From positions 330,708,001 to 330,772,000 of the forward strand of contig OZ024743.1 in NCBI GenBank assembly GCA_964016885.1: DNA of 64,000 nucleotides, in the 5' to 3' direction. This DNA is from Eledone cirrhosa. Taxonomy: Eukaryota. The position numbers and the translations under genes are program-made. Positions 11,338 to 23,035 of this stretch are shown here, in pieces. Each line of letters starts with the position of its first letter. Positions within the stretch are counted from its first letter, which is position 1. The notes under the pieces were generated by a model that had not been told where the DNA came from, searched no databases, and worked only from the letters and a program-made list of their open reading frames with translations.

Positions 11338-13560
11338 ATGCGAAAACACAACATCGACTTCTCCACGAAGAACATCCCAGTTCCACCGAAAAAACTTTAC
11401 CTTCGGATGCTCACGCAAAAAATCGACCTCTTTGCGAAAAGACTGAGATGGAGAACTTTTTTCTACGACAGATATTGCGACAATCAGGACTTCGGCACCA
11501 AGGAGAGATTCGGATTTAATACCTACAAATCTTCCCCTCCGAACCCTATGCTCTCACCTTTCGAGCATGACCTTTTCCAACTGGTCAAGAACATTAAATT
11601 CAAACCCAGACACAACCGATTCCTACAAAAACTCCGTAGCAACTTAACAGAGTATGATAACACCAATGACATCATGGTGCACTCGGATAAAACTGGTAAC
11701 CTCTACTTCGTCAACCCCGACAGATACCACACACTGATCAGGATCAGCCTAAACTCCACCTATAGAAAGGCTAACCACTCCTGCATCGAGGACATAAATC
11801 GAGATGGACAACAAATTACCTCCAGCCTCGGGGTCGCCGACCGCACGGAACCTCTAGACCCACGGACACCCTACTTCACACTGAAGGACCACAAATCCGA
11901 TTTCGATCGTAAACCTTCTATCAGGCTTATAAACCCAATGAAGTCCGACATAGGGAGAATCAGCAAAAAAATCCTAGACCGCGTTATACCAAAAGTTAAG
12001 CAACACGTCAGACTTAGCCTATGGGTCGACACCCAGGAAGTAATCTCATGGTTCAGCAATATGGAGGACAAACGAGACACAAAATTCATCCAGTTTGACA
12101 TAGAGAGTTACTATGCTTCAATTACCTTACCGCTACTTACGGCTGCCTTGGACTTTGCCGAAACACTTGCGCCCATCACCGACCAGGAAAGAAACATCAT
12201 CCTCCACACCAGGAAGACAGTCCTACTCTTCGACAACTCCAAATCGATAAAGAGAGCTCCCGACTCACCCTTCGACGTCAGCATGGGCGCGACGGATTCG
12301 GCTGAGGTCACAGATCTTATAGGATTATTCCTACTAGTTAAACTCACCGATATGTTTCCTGCATTCGGCGGTGGATTGTACCATGATGATGGGCTCCTTA
12401 CCCTTAAAGGGTACAACCCCAGTAGTACAGACCGGGTCTGTAAACAATTAATCAGCTTCTTCCGCGACTGGGGATTTAAAATAACCCTACAAACGTCCCT
12501 GACCCGAGTAAACTTCCTGGACGTTACCCTTGACCTTGATAATGATTTGTACTACCCATACAGGAAACCCAACGACAACCTGCACTACATCCACCGCCGG
12601 TCAAACCATCCTAGGAATATCACCAATAACCTGGTTAAATACATCTCCCTCCGCATATCTCGTTTGTCCGCTAATGAGCAGATATTCGAGGAACTTGCGC
12701 CTTATTACAACCAGGCCCTCAAGCGGAGTGGTATCCGGGAGAAAATATCCTACTGTCCAGCTTCCATTAGCGGAACCAGCAGGCGACACCGCCGCTCACG
12801 CAATGTAACATGGTTCAATCCTCCCCACAACGCCGAGGTGACAAATCCTATCGGGAAAATCTTCTTTAGGCTCATCGAAAAACACCTCCCACTACAACAC
12901 CGCTACCACAACATAATTAACAAAAATACCATCAAACTCTCCTACAGCACCACACCAAACTTTCCAGAAAACATCGTCTCCTCTAACAACAAAAAACTCA
13001 ACCCCTATGGAAGAAATAACCTAAATAGCAGTGGAGAGCCGACCAGGAGGTGCAACTGTCCTGATGGATCCATTTTCCCCCTCGACAACAGATGCAGAGA
13101 TCGTAATATGATCGACCAGTGCAACGTGAGGACGGACACCTCCAACAAAGCTTATATAGGATTAACCGCATGTGACTTCAAGACCCGGCTATACCAACAC
13201 AGACATACCTTCCGAAACCCGGCCCGGCGTCACGCCACCACACTTTCGGGCCACATCTGGGACATCAAGGATAACAATATTACCTATGATCTCACTTGGA
13301 GCTTACTGTCCAGAGCCAACTCTTACACGGGAGGACGCCGTCCGTGCAATTTATGCTCGGAGGAAACTTTACAAATGCTGTTTTCGACGGACCAACTCCT
13401 AAACAAGAAAGACGAACTGGTAACTGCATGCAAACACAGATTGCGTAGGACTTACCTCGCCCTCAAACCCCATAATGAGCGGGGGGGAGGGGGGGTAGAC
13501 AAGGGCTGTAACACTCCACTTGCCGACTTTGTAATGGGTAACCCCTGCTTGCAAAGGTAG
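11338..13560 (+). CDS. PLE RT-GIY-YIG protein, open frame (~740 aa), Hydra-clade-like
   Basis: gcaccATG start; FSTKNIP, SDKTGN, TLKDHK, FIQFDIESYY, MGATDSAE, LYHDD, NFLDVTL, CNC, AYIG, CNLC..E, LLNKKDE..CKH. Confidence 0.95.
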   Translation: MRKHNIDFSTKNIPVPPKKLYLRMLTQKIDLFAKRLRWRTFFYDRYCDNQDFGTKERFGFNTYKSSPPNPMLSPFEHDLFQLVKNIKFKPRHNRFLQKLRSNLTEYDNTNDIMVHSDKTGNLYFVNPDRYHTLIRISLNSTYRKANHSCIEDINRDGQQITSSLGVADRTEPLDPRTPYFTLKDHKSDFDRKPSIRLINPMKSDIGRISKKILDRVIPKVKQHVRLSLWVDTQEVISWFSNMEDKRDTKFIQFDIESYYASITLPLLTAALDFAETLAPITDQERNIILHTRKTVLLFDNSKSIKRAPDSPFDVSMGATDSAEVTDLIGLFLLVKLTDMFPAFGGGLYHDDGLLTLKGYNPSSTDRVCKQLISFFRDWGFKITLQTSLTRVNFLDVTLDLDNDLYYPYRKPNDNLHYIHRRSNHPRNITNNLVKYISLRISRLSANEQIFEELAPYYNQALKRSGIREKISYCPASISGTSRRHRRSRNVTWFNPPHNAEVTNPIGKIFFRLIEKHLPLQHRYHNIINKNTIKLSYSTTPNFPENIVSSNNKKLNPYGRNNLNSSGEPTRRCNCPDGSIFPLDNRCRDRNMIDQCNVRTDTSNKAYIGLTACDFKTRLYQHRHTFRNPARRHATTLSGHIWDIKDNNITYDLTWSLLSRANSYTGGRRPCNLCSEETLQMLFSTDQLLNKKDELVTACKHRLRRTYLALKPHNERGGGGVDKGCNTPLADFVMGNPCLQR

Positions 13561-14629
13561 ACGTAAGATCTTTTTTCTTTTTATCGCTTCCTCTATATTT
13601 CCTTCTTCCCCCCATCCCTTCCTAGTCCTTCCACCCCAGTCCTCTTTCTTTGTCGTCGTCCTTTTCACTTTCCCGCCCACCCGAGGTAGCCCCTCGGTCC
13701 TTTTTAGCCTCAGTACCCCCACCCCTTCCCCTATTCTATGATAGAATTGGCCGACTCCGCTTTTATAGCAGATGTGATAGACCCCGGATACTTGCTTTCT
13801 TATCTGATGGCTGCCCCTTTTCCGTGTTTTCTACATTTCTTAGTCGTATCTTTGTTTTAATTTCTCGTATTTCAGTATTTATTTGGGGGGGAGGGGGATT
13901 CTGAATGAATTTTCCGTATCAAATTTTTCATATACTTCGTACGAACTTTTATGTAATTTGCACTAGAATTTTTGTATCGTAGCGGCATCCTTAGAGATAG
14001 TATTAGTATTCTTTTTCGGGATTCTGAATTATTATTTCGTATTAGTTTATTGTTTGCACTGGGTGGTTGCTGGCCTTGTGCCTAGGGTAGAAACAATTAT
14101 TTCGTATTAGTCTCGGGACACTGAATTATTATTTCTTGGTAGTTTCTTTAGTATTTTGGCCCCCCACTTGTTGACCCGTCACCTTAAGATATACTCGGTT
14201 GATTACTACTACCTCTTATAAGGGTCTCATTATAATTCCGTCCCACCTAGTAAACTTTTCTATAGTCTAGCAGTACCAGTGAGAGACTTGATGGCTGTCG
14301 TTAGGGAATAGTAACCAGAAATTGTTTCTTTTATATTTAATTATTTTTTTAACATTCTCGGTATTCTTCTATATATTTACCCCATATTGTTTTACTGATT
14401 GTTTCGACTTCCCCCCCTCCCCTCCCTAGTATACTTGCTTGACCTCCTGCCCTGCTGTAGTTGGCACTATCAACGCACGACTGGGTTTCCTCCACCCCCT
14501 CTCCCTCTTTCTTCTACTGGCAGGTTCAGCTACCCCTTCCTTCCACAAATTGCCATGATAGAATTATGTGTCTCAACAACAAACTTTTGACCAATCCTTG
14601 TGACTATCACTTTTACCATATATGGAATT

Positions 14630-14725
14630 ACCCCCTGAGAAGCTCGGCTATTCATATACCAGGATAAAAATGTTCATTTAGTCCAGAATTAGCCGTCGAA
14701 ACGGCTTGAGCTCAGCCGTCGGGGT
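14630..14725 (+). ncRNA. Hammerhead-like fold with non-canonical core CTGAGAA (copies ~11056-11152 + and ~10735-10832 -)
   Basis: acccc-CTGAGAA-g..cggcta...tagccgtc-GAAA-cggct tgagctc agccg-TC-ggggt. Confidence 0.65.
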
Positions 14726-14735
14726 CCTACTCGTT

Positions 14736-14774
<39 letters not shown>

Positions 14775-14776
<2 letters not shown>

Positions 14777-14969
14777 AGGGAGTGTAACGCGGAGTTACAG
14801 AATGAATATACATGGCATGTATATTCATTGTCATTACTACAACAGAGATCCGACGAGCTTTTGATTCCAGAGTCGAGCCCGGTCGATACAGATCGAACTT
14901 TGAGCTGAACAGTAGCAAAACGCGTGTCACCAACCAATAAACGTAATGAAGGAGTAACCATTCGTCCTT

Positions 14970-14972
<3 letters not shown>
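14775..14972 (+). mobile_element. Short structured insert with (TTA)n tail; degenerate hammerhead-like 3' end
   Basis: Perfect 14-bp hairpin at 14801-14829; ccgacga-gct...agc-aaaa-cgcgtg-tc. Confidence 0.35.
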
Positions 14973-15006
<34 letters not shown>

Positions 15007-15265
15007 CAGTATTAATATTATTATTATTATACATATATATATATATATATAAAATATTAAACAAATAATGAATAAACAATTCCTTATATTAAACAAAAAA
15101 AGTTCATTATTTAACGATCGTTTCTAGGATATATATGTGTTAGAATTGGTATGCATATTCAACAGATCTATGTACAAAATTATACAAAATTATACAAATT
15201 ATCAAGATTAAATATACATACCAAACACATTTATTATAATCTTAATATTACTATTATAACACACT

Positions 15266-16581
15266 ATTATAATCTTAATATTACTTTTGAAAAAACAAGT
15301 AAAGTAGTAAATTTCCTAGATATAACTTTAGATTTAGCTACGGGTATCTACCAACCTTACCATAAACCTAACCAAAACTTACATTACATACACTCACAAT
15401 CTAATCACCCTAAATCTATCCTTAAAAACCTTGCATATAATATATCACTTAGAATTTCTAACCTTTCTTCTAACCAAGATGTATTTGATAAAAATGCGAC
15501 CTTCTATAACGAAGCTCTAGATAGAAGTGGCCACAAAAATAGATTAGAGTATATACCTTCTACTAAAAATACTGAAAGCATACAACATAATATTACCAAC
15601 AAACACCAAATGAAAAGTACACACCTAAATGCCACCCACACTATACCCCAAAATACCAAATCTTCTAATATAAAGTATAGTAACTCTCAAAAAACTACTC
15701 ATCATACAACTCTAATAAATATTAATAATAAAACTCCTAATAAAAAGGATAAAACACCTAAATCTACAAATATAACTAAAAATAGTTGTGGTGAGATCAT
15801 TAACATTAATCCTCCTAGTAAAAATCACGATACAACCTATAAAAATAATAAAAATAATAAACAACATAGAAACCGTAATAGACGGGTTACTTGGTATAAT
15901 GCTCCTTTTAATTTACAAGTTAAGGATAATATTGCTAAAAAATTTTTTTATATCCTTGAGAAAAACTTCCCGCCAAACCACAAATATCATCAAATCTTAA
16001 ATAGGTCTACAGTTAAATTCTCATACTCTACAACAAATAACATAAAACAAAATATAAGTGCATATAATGCATATAAATGTAAGAAAACCATAAGTATACC
16101 ACCAGTACATCAAATTAACCATAATATCTCCTCAAATACTGAATTAACGAAAGGTTGTAACTGTAGAAACAAAGCAAACTGCCCATTAAAAGGGAATTGT
16201 CTTGTTAACAACATAGTCTATAAATGTAACGTTAAAACTAAAGATTCTATTTGCTCATATATAGGAGCTACCTCTAACAATTTTAAGACAAGGTTTAATA
16301 CCCACAAGCATAGTTTTAAAAATGCCGCACTGGCTAATACAACATCTCTAGCAGAAAAAATCAATAGTTATAAAAATAAGAATATAAAATATGATTTGAC
16401 CTGGAGTGTGCTCAAAAGAGCCACCCCTTATCAAAATAATAGAAATGAATGTAGATTATGTTCCCAAGAACTATTTGAAATAATGAAGTCTAAGGATATC
16501 TTATTAAATAAACGACAGGAATTAATTATATCGTGTAATCATAAACTAAAAAAAACATTTAAATATTATAAACCTAATTAA
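15266..16581 (+). CDS. PLE family 4 RT thumb plus GIY-YIG (5'-truncated)
   Basis: VNFLDITLDL, SNHP, VTWYNAPF, CNCR..CPL..C, IVY..YIG, CRLC..E. The listed ATG at 15151 lies in the inverted pLTR arm. Confidence 0.9.
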
Positions 16582-16607
16582 TAACATTATTTTAGAAATT
16601 AATTAAA

Positions 16608-16795
16608 AGGGCGGTGGATTGGCAGTATCGGTAGAGAGTCGGACGCCATGCTTTCCAGCATAGTTACGTCCCTTTACGATCTGAGTTCAAATCCCGCCGC
16701 GGTTGACTTTGCCTTTCATCCTTACGGGGTCGATAAAATAAAGTACCAGTAATGCACTGGGTAATTGCTGGCCTTGTGCCTAAAGTAGAAACAAT
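16608..16795 (+). mobile_element. tRNA-derived SINE (Meta-domain-like) with ~19-bp TSD
   Basis: gagttcaaatcc B box; gcctttcatccttacggggtcgataaaataaagtacc; attattttagaaattaatt on both sides. Confidence 0.88.
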
Positions 16796-17249
16796 TATTT
16801 TAGAAATTAATTTAATTTAAATGTTAGTTAACCTATAAATTTAATTTAATTAAAATTTTATTACAGATGAGAATATAAAATATTATGTAATCATAAATTG
16901 TGAAAAACCTTTAAATATTACTAATATATACTTAGTAATTTAATTTATAGATTAATTTTAATTTATTTAAACCTTTTATTATAATTCTTTTACAGATAAA
17001 ATATAACAAAATAATATCGTGTATCCAATGACAGAGAAATAATTTTTAGTATTATAGACCTAATTAATATACATTTTAGAAATATATTTATAATTTGGTT
17101 TTAGTTTTAATCAACCTAAAAATTTTAATTTTAATTTGCTTAAAATTAGTATCCTTATACAGACGAATTGCAGAATGTCATGTAATCATAGAATGGGATG
17201 TGTTTTGGATATATACCTAGTTAATATATTCTATGCAATTTTTTGAAAA

Positions 17250-18441
17250 AGATATGTATATGTATATGTGTATGTGTATGTGTGTGTGTATGTATATGTG
17301 TATATATGTAATATATATATATATATGTGTGTATATATATGTATATATGTATGTGTATGTATATGTATATGTATGCGTATTAATTTTGATTTCTATTTGC
17401 ATATAATTATATTATGCTATTGATGAAATACAATATCTGCTTTATGTATTGTATACCTAATTAACATATACTATAGAAATAAATATATAATTTTTAATTT
17501 AGTTAACCTATAATTTATATTCTACTACCGATGTAATACTTTATTTTATTTGTGTTTTTTTTCCCTATTACTAAATTCATTTCCTAATATTGATACCATA
17601 ACGTTATTAACTTTAATTTAGTTATACTGTAATTAATACTCTACTACTATTTAACTTCAAAATTCTGCTTCAAATATTATAAACCTAACTAATTTACACC
17701 TTAGAAATCAATATGTTAACTATCTTTGGTTTAGTTAACATATGATTAATGGTATACTTGTTTATTTTGAGATGCATAGATTTTGCCTTAGTTCTTGTTT
17801 GTTGTATTTCCTAACACTGAAAATATGTAAGAACATACATTGGATAAAGATACGGAAAATATTCTATGTTTCTTGAAACATATATTTACTTTGATCCCCT
17901 TCTCCAAACCCCCCCTTTCCCCCATACTATTATCATCTGTATTTGTAAGCGTCTATGTATGAATATATATGTAGGTAGGTGTCTATATAGGTTTGGGTAT
18001 TTATATCTAAATATAAAAATACATATATGCGCATGCAAATATGAATGTAAGATTGTGTGTGTATATATGAGTGTGTGTATGTATGTATATATGTGTATAT
18101 ATGCATGTATATATGTATGTGTATGTGAATGTGTGTACGTATATGTGTATGTATGTGTATATATGTGTATATATATGTATATATGTATATATAGGAATAT
18201 ATATATGTATATATATATGTATATGTATATGCGTGTGTATGTATGTGTGTGTATGTGTGTTGTATATATATGTATGTCTCTCTATTTATATGTCTATCTT
18301 CGTATCTATGTGATATATGTGTGTGTGTGTGCATGTATGCACATATATGTGTTTATGTGTATATATGTGTATGTGTGTATATATGTGTGTGTGCACACAC
18401 ATATATATATGTGAGTGTGTATATGTGTCTGTGTATATGTA

Positions 18442-18485
<44 letters not shown>

Positions 18486-18577
18486 TGTCTATGTGTGAAT
18501 ATATGTCTATATTCGTATGTGTGTATATATGTATGTATATGTTTATATGTATGTATATATATATATGTATGTATGTG

Positions 18578-18624
<47 letters not shown>

Positions 18625-19192
18625 TTTTATTATTATAATATAACTTATGTGTATGTGTGTATAAGTGAGGTTGTGTATGTGTATATAATATGTGTATATA
18701 TAAGTGTAAAAAAATATATATATATGTGCATGTCTGTTTTTTATGTGTGTGTATATATATATATATATATACGTGTGTATATATATGTATATGTGGGTGT
18801 TTGTATGTGTATTTATGGTGGTATGAGTGTGTGGGTATCTATGTATATATATATATATATGTATGAGTGTATGTGTGTATATATATATATATATATGTGT
18901 ATATATATATATATATATATGTGTATGTATGTGTGTATATATATATCTCTATTAATGCGTGTGTGTATGTATATGCATATGCCTTTTTATTATTATTTTT
19001 ATTTGTATGTCTGAGTTAGGTGAGGTTGTAGTGGTTTTTTATGTATATACGCATATATGGATGCGTATGTATTTGTATATATGAGTATAAGTAAGTGCAT
19101 ATGTATGTATGATTATATATCTAATTCTATGTATGAATATACATGTATATATATGTGTGTATGTAAGTTGTGTGTGTATGTATGTATATGTC

Positions 19193-19223
<31 letters not shown>

Positions 19224-19298
19224 GTATATCGATGTACGTATATGTATGTACATGTATGTCTATGTATGTGTGTATGTATGTGTATGTATATTTAGGTG

Positions 19299-19359
<61 letters not shown>

Positions 19360-19597
19360 ATATATATATGTATATATCTTTATTATTTATTTTTTATATA
19401 TATGTGTATGTGTGTATGTGTTGCGTGTGTGTGTGTATATATATATATCTTTATATATGTGTATGTGTATGTTCGTGTAGGTGTATGTGTGTGTATGACT
19501 TTATATGTATGTGTGTATGTGTGTATGCGTAAATATTTCTATGTGTGTGTACATGTATGTATGTGTATATATCTGTATGTGTGTGTATGTGTATTTG

Positions 19598-19639
<42 letters not shown>

Positions 19640-20013
19640 ATATATATATATGTATATGTATATGTGTGTGTATGTATATATATATATATATATATATCTA
19701 TATGTTTTTCTATTTGTATATGTATGTATGTATAGGTATATACCTTTCTCTTTGTATTTCTAAGTTGTGTGATAGTGTAGTGGTGTTTGTATGTATATAC
19801 CGATATATAGATGCGTAAGTATTTGTCTGTATGTATATATGTAAGTCTGTATATATTTGTGTGTATATATAGCTATGTATGTGTATATCTGTATGTATAT
19901 TAGTATGTAAGTGTTGTATATGTGCATGTATGTGTGTGGTTATATATATCTGTGTCTATATAGTATGTGTGATTATATGTATAGGTGTGTGTATATGTAC
20001 GTGTATGTACATA

Positions 20014-20070
<57 letters not shown>

Positions 20071-20264
20071 GTATGTGTATTTGTATGTATATGTGTATAT
20101 GTATGTATGTGTGTATATGTATATGTTTATATATGTGTGTATATGTATGTTCTTAGTGTGGATGTGTGTATATGTATGTATGTGTTTATATATGTGTGTA
20201 TATTTATGTATGGATATGTGTGTGTCTATGTGTATATATATGTATGTTTTTATATATATATGTA

Positions 20265-20307
<43 letters not shown>

Positions 20308-20330
20308 ATATATGTGTATATATATATATT
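17250..20330. repeat. Long degenerate (TG/TA)n low-complexity tract inside the PLE 3' UTR
   Basis: Continuous tgta/tata/tgtg repeats. Confidence 0.9.
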
Positions 20331-20996
20331 TATTTTCTTGATATATTTCTTTTTTCTTTTTTCTTTTTTCTTTTTTCTTTTTTCTGTTTTTCTTTCTATT
20401 CTTTCCTCTTTAATGTTTTATTTATTATATTTTATTTTTTTATTTTTCTTAGTTTATAGATACATTTATATTAGGCAGTCTGCTCAGACAGTTGAATACT
20501 GACCCCTCCCCCCCCCTCCCACCTAATTTCTGTATCTTGATCTAAAAATGTGTGTGCCAGTGTTTTATGTGAGTGAATTAATATCCATGTGCTTATGATT
20601 TTATATCCACATATATAAATGTGAGTGGGGGTGTGTGTGTGTTTGTATGTTCGTGGTTATGTGTATATTTATGCATATACGCGCGTGTATGTGTGATTGT
20701 ACGGATATGTGTGAGTATGAAAAAATATATTTATATACTTAACTTCATAAGTGTCAATACGCATCTTATCTGCGCATTATAAACTTACAGAGACATTAAC
20801 CTTGAAATTTTGTATTTGCATCCATCCTTTTAGTATGCGTATACAAATTATACATACATTTTTGTAAAATATGTGTAAGGGTTTTACATGTATATACACA
20901 CACCGAACTGCATTTAACCCTTTGTGTTTTCATTGGTCAATTTTGTTCCCAAACGGAACTGAAATTTTGAATTGTTGTTATTATCAATAAATATAC

Positions 20997-21151
20997 TTCA
21001 TTATTTCTGAAGACGGCGTATATATGTGTTTGGTATGTATATTTAATCTTGATAATTTGTATAATTTTGTATAATTTTGTACATAGATCTGTTGAATATG
21101 CATACCAATTCTAACACATATATATCCTAGAAACGATCGTTAAATAATGAA
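20997..21151 (+). ncRNA. Type-I hammerhead with very long stem II
   Basis: ttcattattt-CTGAAGA-(~115 nt, tatatgtgtttggtatg/cataccaattctaacacatata)-GAAA-cgatcg-TT-aaataatgaa; 10-bp stem I. Confidence 0.8.
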
Positions 21152-21336
21152 CTTTTTTTGTTTAATATAAGGAATTGTTTATTCATTATTTGTTTAATAT
21201 TTTATCTTGACTCTGTATACCGTTTATCTTTCACCGAAAGTGGTTTTTCATTACATCTCTTCTTTCCATGATATCCGGAATACATTGAGTTCTTCATACG
21301 GATTGGACACTACCGTAAACTCTTGGTAGATTTATC

Positions 21337-21408
<72 letters not shown>

Positions 21409-21411
<3 letters not shown>

Positions 21412-21712
21412 GTGTATAGTGGTAGCTATGGTGCTTCCATAGGCGGTATGCCAAAATTAGCACTCGATATTCATCAGAGTAGAGTGTAGATATTATAAAG
21501 AAAACGAAAAATCAGTGAGGCATCTGGACTTAGTTTATTTCGTGTTACAAATGTTTCGCCGGCATGTAGCTCGAGTCATGGTCCTTGTATGGATCTGGCT
21601 GATTCTACTTCTGCGGGTTCTTTCAGACACGGGTGTTTCGTCCGGAGCAAATTTTATCACGTGATAAAATTTGCTCCGGACGAAACACCCGTGTCTGAAA
21701 GAACCCGCAGAA
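21409..21712 (-). mobile_element. Hairpin mini-PLE of another family: long tail plus 104-bp perfect palindrome (21609-21712)
   Basis: Each arm has ggac-GAAA-cac cc gtg-TC (hammerhead 3' half); tail has GAGTGCT (21459-21465, minus); TA on the left. Confidence 0.7.
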
Positions 21713-22347
21713 TATGGCTTTAATCTCCCTGTCACTATGTATTGGTCTATCGCAGAATATGGTTTTAATCTCCCTGTCACTATGTATTGGTCTATCGCAG
21801 AATATGGCTTAAATCTCCCTGTCACTATGTATTGGTCTATCCCAAAATATGGTTTTAATCTCCCTGTCACTGTGTATTGGTCTATCGCAGAATATGGCTT
21901 TAATCTCCCTGTCACTATGTATTGGTCTATCGCAGAATATGGCTTTAATCTCCCTGTCACTATGTATTGGTCTATCGCAGAATATGGCTTTAATCTCCCT
22001 GTCACTGTGTATTGGTCTATCTCAGAATATGGCTTTAATCTCCCTATCACTGTGTATTGGTCTATCGCAGAATATGGCTTTAATCTCCCTGTCACTATGT
22101 ATTGGTCTATCGCAGAATATGGTTTTAATCTCCCTGTCACTGTGTATTGGTCTATCTCAGAATATGGCTTTAATCTCCCTGTCACTATGTATTGGTCTAT
22201 CGCAGAATATGGCTTTAATCTCCCTGTCACTATGTATTGGTCTATCGCAGAATATGGCTTTAATCTCCCTGTCACTGTGTATTGGTCTATCGCAGAATAT
22301 GGCTTTAATCTCCCTGTCACTATGTATTGGTCTATCGCAGAATATGG
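21706..22347. repeat. 45-bp minisatellite, ~14 copies
   Basis: Unit cgcagaatatggctttaatctccctgtcactatgtattggtctat. Confidence 0.97.
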
Positions 22348-23035
22348 CAGTTTTGTCATAGTCTGAGACATTTCTGGTACTTTTACCAACAGAAAACTTG
22401 GTATTTCATAATACAATACTGGCATAATAAGTGTATATAAGCCGCCAAACCTGTATATTCATGTTTTGCTAAGACAGGGTAGACTGAAAGAAATCAATTA
22501 ATTGTTTCTTTCCCATATGTTCTGCTGTTATTTTATGCATTCTTGTTCATTGCATGCTTTTGGTGGTTTCTAGAAAGAAGGCTTACTGTACCGCAGTCAA
22601 TAATTCTTTGGTTTCAATTATGTGTTATGGCTCCTGCACTTTTCAACCATCTTATTTGTTTGTTTGTTTGTTTGTTTTTTGGTGTGTGTGTGTGTGTGTG
22701 TGTGTGGTTTTTTGGGGGGGATGGGAGGGTGCTATATCCATCCCGTTTCATATATTAGTGATGTATGAGCTATTATGACCATCGTTTTATCATTTAGCCT
22801 TTCCACTATTCTCATTGTCTTAGTTTCTTCTTTCTTCTTCAAATTCTCTATCATTTCAGTTGCTTGATTTCCATTTGTTGGTTTCACTAAAGACAGAATT
22901 CTATTTTGTCTTTTGTTCATCGTTTGTGGCTATTTGTATTACTTTCCTATTATCCTTTATTAGGTTTTTCTGTAGTCTTAAGTATATACTTTCTAGTTGC
23001 GTAAAATACCTACATCACTGTATTCCTGGTTAATA

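Larger units (their letters stand above)
10642..14740 (+). mobile_element. Near full-length PLE family 3 with inverted 5' arm (10642-~11010) and direct pLTRs (~11012-11168 / ~14585-14740)
   Basis: The inverted arm matches 14452-14740 plus the tail; TA on both flanks. Confidence 0.95.
15050..21340 (+). mobile_element. 5'-truncated PLE family 4 with inverted 5' arm and ~4.7-kb microsatellite-rich 3' UTR
   Basis: 15050-15230 is the reverse complement of 21024-21204; TA flanks. Confidence 0.88.

Noticed and set aside
17866-20502. Many Y/I/C/V/M-rich ORFs (also 33.5-34.4, 39.2-41.5, 44.3-46.1 and 48.5-50.2 kb)
   Set aside because: Translations of TA/TG microsatellites; no protein signal.
21535-22425. 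Repeat-protein ORFs on both strands, or a CRISPR-like array
   Set aside because: A 45-bp unit without stops keeps frames open; the units are contiguous with no unique spacers.
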